A DNA stretch of 24,000 nucleotides from an uncultured Syntrophorhabdus sp. GTDB taxonomy: Bacteria > Desulfobacterota > Syntrophorhabdia > Syntrophorhabdales > Syntrophorhabdaceae. The translations under genes and the position numbers were made by a program. The notes beneath the pieces are model-generated. The model was not told where the DNA came from. It made no database searches and worked only from the letters and a program-made list of their open reading frames with translations. The stretch covers positions 1 through 24,000 of the forward strand of contig CAZXQS010000017.1 of the NCBI GenBank assembly GCA_964642825.1. The letters run 5' to 3'. Numbering within the stretch: position 1 is the first letter of the stretch; every line of letters begins with the position of its first letter. Positions 16,801 through 24,000 of the stretch are shown here, piece after piece.

Positions 16801-18099
16801 TACTCGCTTTTCGGGAGAGGCCTGGAAAATAAGATCGCAGATGCATTTGGTCTCAGCTCAAAACAGCTCGTCGAGTTGGAGCGGGATATCCGAGAGGCCG
16901 TTTCAATCAGGGGGAGATCGGAAGATATTGTATCCGAAGACGCCGGTGAGGATTCGAGTGAAGATGAGCAGGAACTTAATGTTGAATTGATTTCGGAAAC
17001 ACCAGTGGAAAAGGCGGTCGGACTGTTCATGTATGCGGCGGGTGTTACTCTCGGCCGCTGGGACGTCCGCATCGCCATAGACCAAGCGCTTGCGCCGAAA
17101 CTGCCCGATCCCTTCGACCCACTGCCGGTCTGTCCGCCTGGGATGCTGGTCGGTTCCGATGGCCTGCCCGCCGAACCAAACCACATCGTCAGTGAGGAGT
17201 GGCTCCGCGCCCGTCCGGACGCAAACATCCTGCCGCCGGAAGGCTCGGTCAAGAATCCGACCATCACTGATGCCGAGTATCCGCTCCGCATCTCCTGGGA
17301 CGGCGTCCTGGTGGATGATCCCGGCTTCAACGGTGACAGGCCGCACCGAGACGACATCGTCCGGCGCGTGCGCGAGGTCTTCGACCTTCTCTGGAAGGAC
17401 AAAGCCCACGAGATCGAACAGGAAGCCTGCGACATCCTCGGCGTCTCGGACCTACGCGACTACTTCCGTAAGCCTACGGGCTTCTTCCAGGACCACCTGA
17501 AGCGCTACTCCAAGAGCCGGCGCAAGGCTCCTATCTATTGGCCGCTTTCCACGCTGTCCGGGTCGTACACGCTTTGGCTCTACTACCACCACCTGACCGA
17601 TCAGACCCTTTACGCCGCGGCCAACAAATACGTCGAGCCCAAGATATCAGAAGTCGAACGCGGAATCAGCGGTATCGAGAACGACCTGAAATCCGCCTCC
17701 GGCCGTGACGCGACGCGGTTGACCGACCGGCTGGGCGAAGCCCGTACATTCCTCGGCGAACTGCGGGACCTGCGCGAGGAGTTGCTCCGCATCGCCGCGC
17801 TGCCCTACAAGCCCGACCTCAACGACGGCGTGATTATCAACGCCTCTCCGTTCCACAATCTCTTCCGCCTGCGGCCCTGGGCCAAAGACACAGAGGATTG
17901 CTGGAAGAAGCTGCAGAAAGGCGACTACGACTGGGCGCACCTGGCGTACACCATCCGGCCGGACCGGGTCCGGGAGGTCTGCCGGACCGACCGCTCCATA
18001 GCCATCGCCCATGGGCTGGAGGACCTCTGCGAGGTGGAAGCCCCGGGCGCCAAGAAGAAAGGCGGCCCCGGCCGTCGCAAGAGGGAGGCCGCCCGATGA
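13837..18099 (+). CDS. pglX: BREX N6-adenine DNA methyltransferase PglX, 1420 aa
   Basis: SAM-binding motif I VLDPACGSGHFLLYAF and catalytic motif IV NPPFG (15580-15594). The start MSFDKD overlaps the brxC stop (TGATG). The track's upstream extension from 13534 is rejected. Confidence 0.93.
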   Translation: MSFDKDTRNLLAKTVAACRRRLIEDVTDQLRGVFGLHPDGTVLPLDKLTHLSPDQNSAARRLRDLLDHYTVGVAGKDLARRKAAYERMVLEISFTVLNRSAALRLCEERGLVVECVRKGTTSAGFQMFERISGGALGGRYDTYRVFLECMFDELAGDLGVLFDRMTPQSAVFPSERCMEDVIAELNKPELTHLWTEDETIGWVYQYFNPKEERDAMRKASRSPRNTREMAVRNQFFTPRYVVEFLTDNTLGRIWYETRRGGTILKDECRYLVRRPHEVFLSPGAKPPVDSEKDTDLSHEELLKKPVFIEHRQKKDPRDLRVLDPACGSGHFLLYAFDLLERIYEEAWTDPESPKSDVTSRTLQEDFKTLDDLRREVPKLIVEHNLYGIDIDPRAVQIAALALWLRAQKTWKNLGLKADARPHIARSNIVTAEPMPGEEDMRREFTAGLKPRVLGQIMDEVFEKMKLAGEAGSLLKIEEEIKDAVAAAGKQWREGPKPEQQLLFPTMDAPRLKQQELRFDVKGITDVRFWEQAEDRILDALKEYAERAENGHATRHRLFAEDAARGFAFIDLCRNRYDVILMNPPFGASSRESKDYIEDRYPKTKGDVLANFIERTLNLTNNQGRVGAISSRTPFFLGSFETLRTEILGKIGHIRLLADLGEGVLEAMVETAIYVVTKQRRGGPESLFFRLLIDVEKGDLLRQFTEECLKGKRPQRTFVIDPRHFGSLSGNPYAYWVSKTTIETVGEHPCIEGNKAAIRVGLQTGEDFRHLRLLWEIPNGSVVPRSPKKNNRNPTIRQQCIDQLRNAGQWVPFSKTDMASPWFSPITLAVNWANEGAELKNFTDSKGKVRSRPQNEEFYFKPGFSYMGRSTRLVPYLVPAGVMPTARRAQIFPNAGQEYSVLTACASNIGSAVARFRGEAFARPNFQAGMVQGLPACEFPEETLALIKAHVDAEVNKRRAVVQRYEPFQEFMLPARIHAPEDGETVWDLYSLFGRGLENKIADAFGLSSKQLVELERDIREAVSIRGRSEDIVSEDAGEDSSEDEQELNVELISETPVEKAVGLFMYAAGVTLGRWDVRIAIDQALAPKLPDPFDPLPVCPPGMLVGSDGLPAEPNHIVSEEWLRARPDANILPPEGSVKNPTITDAEYPLRISWDGVLVDDPGFNGDRPHRDDIVRRVREVFDLLWKDKAHEIEQEACDILGVSDLRDYFRKPTGFFQDHLKRYSKSRRKAPIYWPLSTLSGSYTLWLYYHHLTDQTLYAAANKYVEPKISEVERGISGIENDLKSASGRDATRLTDRLGEARTFLGELRDLREELLRIAALPYKPDLNDGVIINASPFHNLFRLRPWAKDTEDCWKKLQKGDYDWAHLAYTIRPDRVREVCRTDRSIAIAHGLEDLCEVEAPGAKKKGGPGRRKREAAR

Positions 18100-20624
18100 A
18101 GTTCACATCGTTCCTACATAAGAAACTGGTCGATCTCCTCAACGACCGCCGCATCGTGGTCTGGTACGACGCCGAAGGGGATTTCAAAGCGTTCGCCGCA
18201 TCCTTCAACGGGCCGAACTGTGAGGTGCTTTCCGCCGAAGCGTCCGTTCTCAAGACCCGCCGCCGTGCCGACGAGGTCTACCGACTGATGAACGAATCCG
18301 AGAACCTCGTGGAGCGGGACCGCTGTCTGCTCATCTACATACCCCGCCGTCGCGGCGCGACCGAAGATGAAAAGATGCGGGACCCCTTTGAAGTTTACGC
18401 GATGGCGGGTGCGGCTTTCGGCGACACCGAGGACCAGAAACTCGAATCGCTCGCCCGCCAGGCCATGCCGCAGAAAGCCGAGGAAATCACGCGGCTCTTC
18501 CGCGAAGGGAAACCGGACATCGCTCTGCTTGACGGGCTGGAGAAGACACAGAGGTGGCCCCTCCTGAATGACGTGTTCCGGACGGAAACCCCGGTGGAAA
18601 TAATCGCGTCGGCCCTCTGCAATACGGCCAAGGCCGAAGCGGTGGACGACAAACCCGGCTGTATCGAGGAACTCCTGCGGCTCTTCGAGTCCACCGTCGG
18701 TTTCAAGCCGGTGTCCGGGTCCCGGAAATGGAAGACGCTCCGGCCGAAAGTCGCCGAGCAGGTGCTCTTCAGCGAATTTCTCTTCGATCTGCCGGCAGGC
18801 GCACCCGATGCCCTGAGCGCCGTACCCCGCTCCGGCGGTGACGCCGAGTCCGTAGTCTACGCGGCCTGCGACAGGATGCGCTCCGACGCGGGCCTTCGGG
18901 AAACCTATATCGAACTGGCGCAGAAGATCGAGGGCGAGCTCCGTCTTCCGGACATCATGCCGAGGGATTTCGATCCCGGCGAGCGTGACACCTTCCCATT
19001 CGAAGAGCGGCGTCTGCTCGGCCGAGCGGTCGAATTTGTCGTCGCCGGAGACATCGAGGCCGCCCGCACCGTGATCGAGAAACGGAAACGGTCCATCTGG
19101 CGGCGCGACCCGCAGAGATCACCCGCGTGGACGTCCCTGGAGCGAGCGGCGGCCCTGATCGAATCGTCCTCTGTGGTTTCGCGCGGGTTGGGCGACAGGA
19201 AAAACCTCGCGGGCCTGGTGAAGGCCTATACCGAAGGCGGATGGTCCGACCTCGACCGCGCCTCCCGGCTGTTCGAAACCGCCCTGACCGCATGCACCGA
19301 TGAAGACATTATTTCTCCGGTCGTTGATCTATGCCGACGCCGGTACCGCGAGGCCGCCGTAAATCTGCAGGACGCCTTCCTTGCAGCGGTTCAGGCCGAG
19401 GGCTGGCCTCCGGACGGAGCGCCGAGGCAAACCCGCATCTTCGACGATCACGTCACCCCGTTGCTGGAACGTAGGGAGAGAACCGTTTTTTTCGTGGTGG
19501 ATTCGCTGCGCTACGAAATGGGACGAGATCTGGGCGAAGCTCTGGCCGGAACCGGGGAAGTCGAGATAACCTATGCCGCGGGCGTCGTCCCGACGGTGAC
19601 CGGTTGCGGCATGGCTGCCCTTATGCCCGGCGCGGACGGCATGCTCCGGCTTGTCGAAAAGGACGGCGGGTTGGTCCCGGCACTCGGCACCCGCCTGCTG
19701 AAGACATCGGCGGACCGCATGAAACTTTTTGCCGAGATCTACGGAGACCGGTTCTTTGAGACCACTCTTGACGAACTGCTCGGCTCCCCGAGAAAGGTCG
19801 CCGCGAATGCCAAGAAAGCCGGGATCTTCGTGGTACGGACCCAGGACCCGGACGCCGTGGCGGAAAATCTCGGTGCCTGGCGCGCAAGGCGCTACCTTTC
19901 GGACGTGATCGGAGATATCGCGGCTGCGGTCCGCTGGGTGGTCTCCCAAGGGTTCAACCGCGTCATGATCAGCGCCGACCACGGCCACATAATGCTCCCG
20001 GAAATTCCTGCGGGCGACATAGTTCAGACTCCGCCCGGCGGCTGGTTGGAGAACAAGCGCCGCTGCCGATTGGGTTCTGGGCTTTCCGGTGCGGCTGGAA
20101 CCATCACCTTGAAGGCGGGTCACGTGGGGATTCAAGGCGACGTGCAGGAGGTTTGTCTGCCTATCGGGTTCCGTGTGTTTTCGGATGGCGAAGGCTACTT
20201 CCATGGCGGGTTGAGCCTGCAGGAAGCAGTGGTGCCGGTGGTCGTGTTCCAGGCCGGAGGGGAGAAACCAAGTGCCGCCGGGAAGCCGGAAATCGATATC
20301 CGCTACCGTTCGGACAAGTTCACCAGCCGGGTCATCGGTCTGAAGTTCCACCTGCAGGGCGACATGTTCTGTACGGCCGCCCGGGTACGGGTCGAGGCCT
20401 ACGGCAGCACAGGAACCAAGGCCAAGGTCGTGGGCGAGGCCGCCGACTGCGAGGCGCGGGACGAGAAGACCCGTGAAGTGACCCTGCAAGCGAACAAAGA
20501 AACGCCCGTGCCGGTGCTGCTCGATCCGGATTTCGACGGGGCGGAGATAGAAATCCGTGTGAGCGACCCCCAAACCCGTATGGTATGGGCGAAGCGGAAG
20601 CTGAAAAACGCGATGCTCGATTAA
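18096..20624 (+). CDS. pglZ: BREX alkaline-phosphatase-superfamily protein PglZ, 842 aa
   Basis: The PglZ core pattern is present: FFVVDSLRYEMG...GVVPTVTGCGMAALMPG...SADHGH. ATGA overlap with the pglX stop. Confidence 0.92.
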   Translation: MKFTSFLHKKLVDLLNDRRIVVWYDAEGDFKAFAASFNGPNCEVLSAEASVLKTRRRADEVYRLMNESENLVERDRCLLIYIPRRRGATEDEKMRDPFEVYAMAGAAFGDTEDQKLESLARQAMPQKAEEITRLFREGKPDIALLDGLEKTQRWPLLNDVFRTETPVEIIASALCNTAKAEAVDDKPGCIEELLRLFESTVGFKPVSGSRKWKTLRPKVAEQVLFSEFLFDLPAGAPDALSAVPRSGGDAESVVYAACDRMRSDAGLRETYIELAQKIEGELRLPDIMPRDFDPGERDTFPFEERRLLGRAVEFVVAGDIEAARTVIEKRKRSIWRRDPQRSPAWTSLERAAALIESSSVVSRGLGDRKNLAGLVKAYTEGGWSDLDRASRLFETALTACTDEDIISPVVDLCRRRYREAAVNLQDAFLAAVQAEGWPPDGAPRQTRIFDDHVTPLLERRERTVFFVVDSLRYEMGRDLGEALAGTGEVEITYAAGVVPTVTGCGMAALMPGADGMLRLVEKDGGLVPALGTRLLKTSADRMKLFAEIYGDRFFETTLDELLGSPRKVAANAKKAGIFVVRTQDPDAVAENLGAWRARRYLSDVIGDIAAAVRWVVSQGFNRVMISADHGHIMLPEIPAGDIVQTPPGGWLENKRRCRLGSGLSGAAGTITLKAGHVGIQGDVQEVCLPIGFRVFSDGEGYFHGGLSLQEAVVPVVVFQAGGEKPSAAGKPEIDIRYRSDKFTSRVIGLKFHLQGDMFCTAARVRVEAYGSTGTKAKVVGEAADCEARDEKTREVTLQANKETPVPVLLDPDFDGAEIEIRVSDPQTRMVWAKRKLKNAMLD

Positions 20625-20634
20625 GGAGACTGGA

Positions 20635-22665
20635 ATGCAACAGGACGACCTGGACAAGAAAGCAATGGGCGTGTTCGCCGGGAAAGTGGTGCGGAAGGAC
20701 CTTCTGCACCAGATCAAAGGCGGCGAGAACGTTCCGTCCTATGTGCTCGAGTATCTCTTGGGCAAATACTGTGCTTCGGACAACGACGAGGAAATCCGAA
20801 TCGGGGTAGACGCTGTCAAAGAAACCTTGACGACCAACTATTTTCGCCACGACGAGGCGAATAAGGCGCAGTCCATGGTCGAACAGAAAGGCAAACACCG
20901 GTTTATCGACCGCGTCGAGGTTCGCTTCCTCCCAAGTGAAAACAAATACTGGGCATCCATGGATCACTTCGGCTTCACTAAGATTCACATCGCCGAGGAG
21001 TTTTACCGCCGTTACGAGCGACTTCTCGAGGGCGGCATCTGGGCCATCGTCGACGTGGAGTTCAGGCTCTCCGAAGAGGGAAAGAAGGACAGTCCCTTCC
21101 ATATCGTCGATTTAAAGCCCATCCAACTCGCCCGGTTCGACCTGGAAGAATACTTGGAAGGCCGGCGCGGAATGACACGGGCCGAGTGGATCGACCTCCT
21201 CCTCCGGAGCGTCGGTCTGGAACCTCTGCGGATGGAGCGCCGGCTCAAGATTCTTCTGCTCACTCGACTCATCCCCTTCGTTGAGAAGAACTACAACTTC
21301 ATCGAACTCGGACCGCGCGGCACTGGTAAATCCTACGCCTTCAGCGAGATGTCTCCCTACTGCATGCTGCTCTCGGGAGGTAAAGCAAGTACAGCGAACC
21401 TCTTTTACAACAATGCCCGCCGACAGGTCGGGCTTGTTGGGTACTGGGACGTCGTGGCCTTCGATGAAGTCGGGGGAATGAAGATCTCGGATCCCGATGC
21501 CGTACAAATCATGAAGGACTACATGGCTAACGGTCGATTCAGCCGCGGGGTCGCGCAAGTACTGGCGGATGCATCCCTCGTGTTCATCGGCAACCTGAAC
21601 CAGCCCGTGGAGAGTCTGGTCCAGAACTCGGCCACGGATCTTTTTCAGCCTTTACCGAAAGAGTTCGATCTCGCTGTTCTCGACCGGATACATTTCTATC
21701 TGCCGGGTTGGGAAGTTCCGAAGAACTCGAAGGACATGCTGACGGTCCACTACGGGTTCGTTACCGATTACCTGGCCGAGGCGTTTCGAACACTGAGGAA
21801 GCAGAACCGCTTCGACGAGGCTGAGCGGGTATTCCGATTCGGATCGCATGTGGAAGGTCGGGACGCTACAGCTGCTAAAAAGACAGTGAGCGGTCTGCTG
21901 AAAATCCTTCACCCCGGCGGAGGCTGGACGAAGGAAGAACTCATCGAGTATGTGGAACTGGCCATGGAGGGGCGCCGTCGCGTCAAGGAGCAGCTCAAGA
22001 AACGCGGATCGTTCGAATTCTACAAGACCAGTTTCTCCTATATTGATCTTGCGGACGATACCGAGCGGTCCGTCGGCGTACCTGAGCAAGGTGGCGCCCG
22101 GGTCATTTCGCAGGACCCCCTTTCGCCCGGCACGGTCTACACGGCCGCCGTGGATTCGGAAGCCAAAGTCGTGCTGTTCAGGCTTGAGGTCACATTGACA
22201 GTAGGCACGGGTAAGCTCAGGACGCCGACCGGCCTTGAGAAATCGCTGAAGGAATCCCTGAACCGAGCTTTCAGCTACCTGCAGAACGTCAAGGACAGGC
22301 TAGGACTCACCCAGATGCTGGCGCAGAAGGACATCTATGCAGAGGCCGTAGACCTTTCCGGTGGCCGTATCGAGTGTCCTTGTGGAGTTGCTTTTTTTGC
22401 TGCGATCATCTCGGCGGTTCGTAACCGCCAGGTTCAGGCCGGAACAGTTGTCCTTGGAGATCTGACGATTCAAGGAAACATCAAGGGCCCGGCTTCGATC
22501 ACCGAACCTCTGCAATTGGCTTTGGAAGCCGGGGCTGCTCGTGTGCTGGTGCCCATCTCCAACAAGATGCAATTTGCCGGACTGCCGGAAGATGTAATCG
22601 AGCGTCTGGATGTTGTGTTTTATGGCGACGTTGACCGAGCTGTACTGAAAACGTTGGAGATGTAA
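20635..22665 (+). CDS. brxL: BREX Lon-like protease BrxL, 676 aa
   Basis: P-loop LGPRGTGKS, Walker B VVAFDEV and a C-terminal Lon protease-like domain. RBS AAGGAG 10 nt after the pglZ stop. It is the last gene of a canonical type 1 order. Confidence 0.9.
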   Translation: MQQDDLDKKAMGVFAGKVVRKDLLHQIKGGENVPSYVLEYLLGKYCASDNDEEIRIGVDAVKETLTTNYFRHDEANKAQSMVEQKGKHRFIDRVEVRFLPSENKYWASMDHFGFTKIHIAEEFYRRYERLLEGGIWAIVDVEFRLSEEGKKDSPFHIVDLKPIQLARFDLEEYLEGRRGMTRAEWIDLLLRSVGLEPLRMERRLKILLLTRLIPFVEKNYNFIELGPRGTGKSYAFSEMSPYCMLLSGGKASTANLFYNNARRQVGLVGYWDVVAFDEVGGMKISDPDAVQIMKDYMANGRFSRGVAQVLADASLVFIGNLNQPVESLVQNSATDLFQPLPKEFDLAVLDRIHFYLPGWEVPKNSKDMLTVHYGFVTDYLAEAFRTLRKQNRFDEAERVFRFGSHVEGRDATAAKKTVSGLLKILHPGGGWTKEELIEYVELAMEGRRRVKEQLKKRGSFEFYKTSFSYIDLADDTERSVGVPEQGGARVISQDPLSPGTVYTAAVDSEAKVVLFRLEVTLTVGTGKLRTPTGLEKSLKESLNRAFSYLQNVKDRLGLTQMLAQKDIYAEAVDLSGGRIECPCGVAFFAAIISAVRNRQVQAGTVVLGDLTIQGNIKGPASITEPLQLALEAGAARVLVPISNKMQFAGLPEDVIERLDVVFYGDVDRAVLKTLEM

Positions 22666-22984
22666 AGGATGTCAAAGCGGTTAAGACTTACGTTGGCAGC
22701 TATAATGGTCTTTCTTTTGCCGAATATGCCGATTACTAGGATGGGATATTGATCCCGCGTAAAGAATGCCGGGCATTATGCACCTTTCAGATACAAAAAC
22801 GTTATTGAACCTTGTATTTTTCCTACTTCGTGCGCATGATTACAAACGGTTTTTAAAACACCATCTCTGGCCAATGCATAAACCTACCTCAATAATTGAT
22901 AGTTGCACCGAAATTCTTCTGGACCCGTGTTGTCGTCAAAATGTAACTAATTGATAATTATAGAGGATTCCGCCTCGTTTTTCC

Positions 22985-23013
22985 TTGACACGCGGCATTC
23001 GGTTTCATATAGT
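22985..23013 (+). promoter_or_regulatory. Near-consensus sigma70 promoter TTGACA-17 nt-TATAGT
   Basis: TTGACA at 22985-22990 and TATAGT at 23008-23013, about 90 nt upstream of the ATG at 23101, which has the RBS GGGAGGTG. Confidence 0.55.
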
Positions 23014-23100
23014 TAAACAAATGCTAAATTTAGCTTCTTCGGCCTATCTTCGTGCCAATTTAACAGGCAATTACTCTATATCTACTAGGGAGGTGCCATA

Positions 23101-23634
23101 ATGGAAGATTTAGGTCTGATTGCCATGTTGTTTAAGACGAGTTCAACCTTAGAACGGGCAGCAGCTGCACTTGAAAAGATTCCTAGTGTTCAGGAAAGGA
23201 TTAGTAATACTGAAAAAGATGCATTGTCATGGTCTGGGGAGTTCTTGCTCGCTGTTGATTGGAGTGCACGACAAGAGGCTCCTAAACCCATCGTTGGTGG
23301 CTTGGCACTTCAGGCAACTTCTGTGCGACCTACGTTTTATTCATGTTTATTCCGAATGGCCCCCCAACTCCGGGAGGCTGGAATGAATGACGAAAAGGAT
23401 TTGACAGCCTTTCTAACTAACCTCTACAGGAACTTGCTTTCACCAGCGTCTCCGGGAAAAGGTCATAAGAGACTTACTTATAGCCAAGCGAAATTGGGAG
23501 CCTTGTTGCTTCACGAAATGGCTGAATCAATCCTCGTTCAGATTAACAATAATGGCCTTCCTAAACCAACCGCGACGCTGAAAGACGACTGGAAACCAAC
23601 TGCTAATGAGTTTACTCCCATTCTCGCAATCTGA
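23101..23634 (+). CDS. Hypothetical protein, 177 aa, no recognisable domain
   Basis: Strong RBS and its own promoter. Composition is AT-richer than the BREX genes. Confidence 0.6.
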   Translation: MEDLGLIAMLFKTSSTLERAAAALEKIPSVQERISNTEKDALSWSGEFLLAVDWSARQEAPKPIVGGLALQATSVRPTFYSCLFRMAPQLREAGMNDEKDLTAFLTNLYRNLLSPASPGKGHKRLTYSQAKLGALLLHEMAESILVQINNNGLPKPTATLKDDWKPTANEFTPILAI

Positions 23635-24000
23635 GGAAGTCGCTTGGCATGAAAAGGTTCGTCGTCGCGAATTGTATAGATGCGCTTATTCCTTATCTTA
23701 TTTAGCTGAACACGTCGAATTCACTGAAGATTTCCCGAGTGTGACACCTAAAACCTTGGCTAAACTCATTGGTATAACGGCCAAATTGTTGGCCGAGGGA
23801 ATTAGGTCGGAAGCTCGTGAGCAAGATTTTGAACAGATCAATACAGTTCTTGGTGTTATAACCGGTCACTTAAGATATGTAGAACGGGCGCGAGTCGCTC
23901 AGACGCCTTGGAGTATCATACAGTCTGCTGAAAAGCTTCTCAAACAGGCAACGAACCCCAATAGCCATTTCATTATTCGGCCCACTTGGGCTTATAATTA
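23606..24000 (+). CDS. Hypothetical protein, 5' part only (runs off the window). It overlaps the previous gene by 29 nt.
   Basis: Not in the supplied ORF track. The frame is open from 23582 to the window end. Hand translation: MSLLPFSQSEEVAWHEKVRRRELYRCAYSLSYLAEHVEFTEDFPSVTPKTLAKLIG...HFIIRPTWAYN. The start codon is uncertain because no clear SD is present. Confidence 0.5.
   Translation, partial: MSLLPFSQSEEVAWHEKVRRRELYRCAYSLSYLAEHVEFTEDFPSVTPKTLAKLIGITAKLLAEGIRSEAREQDFEQINTVLGVITGHLRYVERARVAQTPWSIIQSAEKLLKQATNPNSHFIIRPTWAYN

Noticed and set aside
22766-22954. 62-aa plus-strand ORF in the AT-rich spacer after brxL.
   Set aside because: It has no RBS and an odd composition, and it ends about 30 nt before the strong promoter at 22985. 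It is probably non-coding.
22666-24000. Island right end (attR) within the window.
   Set aside because: I found no second copy of the tRNA 3' segment anywhere in the window, so the boundary is not here or cannot be seen.

Overview
The window opens on a tRNA-Leu(UAG) gene. A minus-strand mobile-element core follows (123-5247): tyrosine integrase, XRE repressor, excisionase-like HTH, a small Zn-ribbon gene broken at an A8 run, a 90-aa ORF, a PrimPol-helicase replication protein, a MerR-like regulator and a second small HTH protein. A plus-strand cargo block starts at 5358. It holds a DUF932 protein, a stand-alone RelA/SpoT-type HD hydrolase, a split unknown/TPR gene and a complete type 1 BREX cassette. 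The cassette is one extra upstream ORF plus brxA-brxB-brxC-pglX-pglZ-brxL, with every junction up to pglZ overlapping. After an AT-rich spacer with a near-consensus promoter comes an uncharacterised overlapping gene pair that runs off the window end. BREX is a known system. The points that ordinary annotation does not explain are listed here. (1) Two arrays of helically phased TGTGAY repeats, one inside the primase-helicase gene and one just after it, look like a bipartite origin. (2) A TGTAAA-N-TTTACA operator is shared by two promoters. (3) GGGGGGTCAAA is repeated three times in tandem. (4) Two genes are each interrupted by a single-nucleotide frame change. (5) An unassigned gene is translationally coupled to brxA. 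(6) Two uncharacterised cargo modules flank BREX. No CRISPR array, rRNA or transposase was seen. All family assignments come from motif recognition by eye and need HMM or BLAST confirmation.
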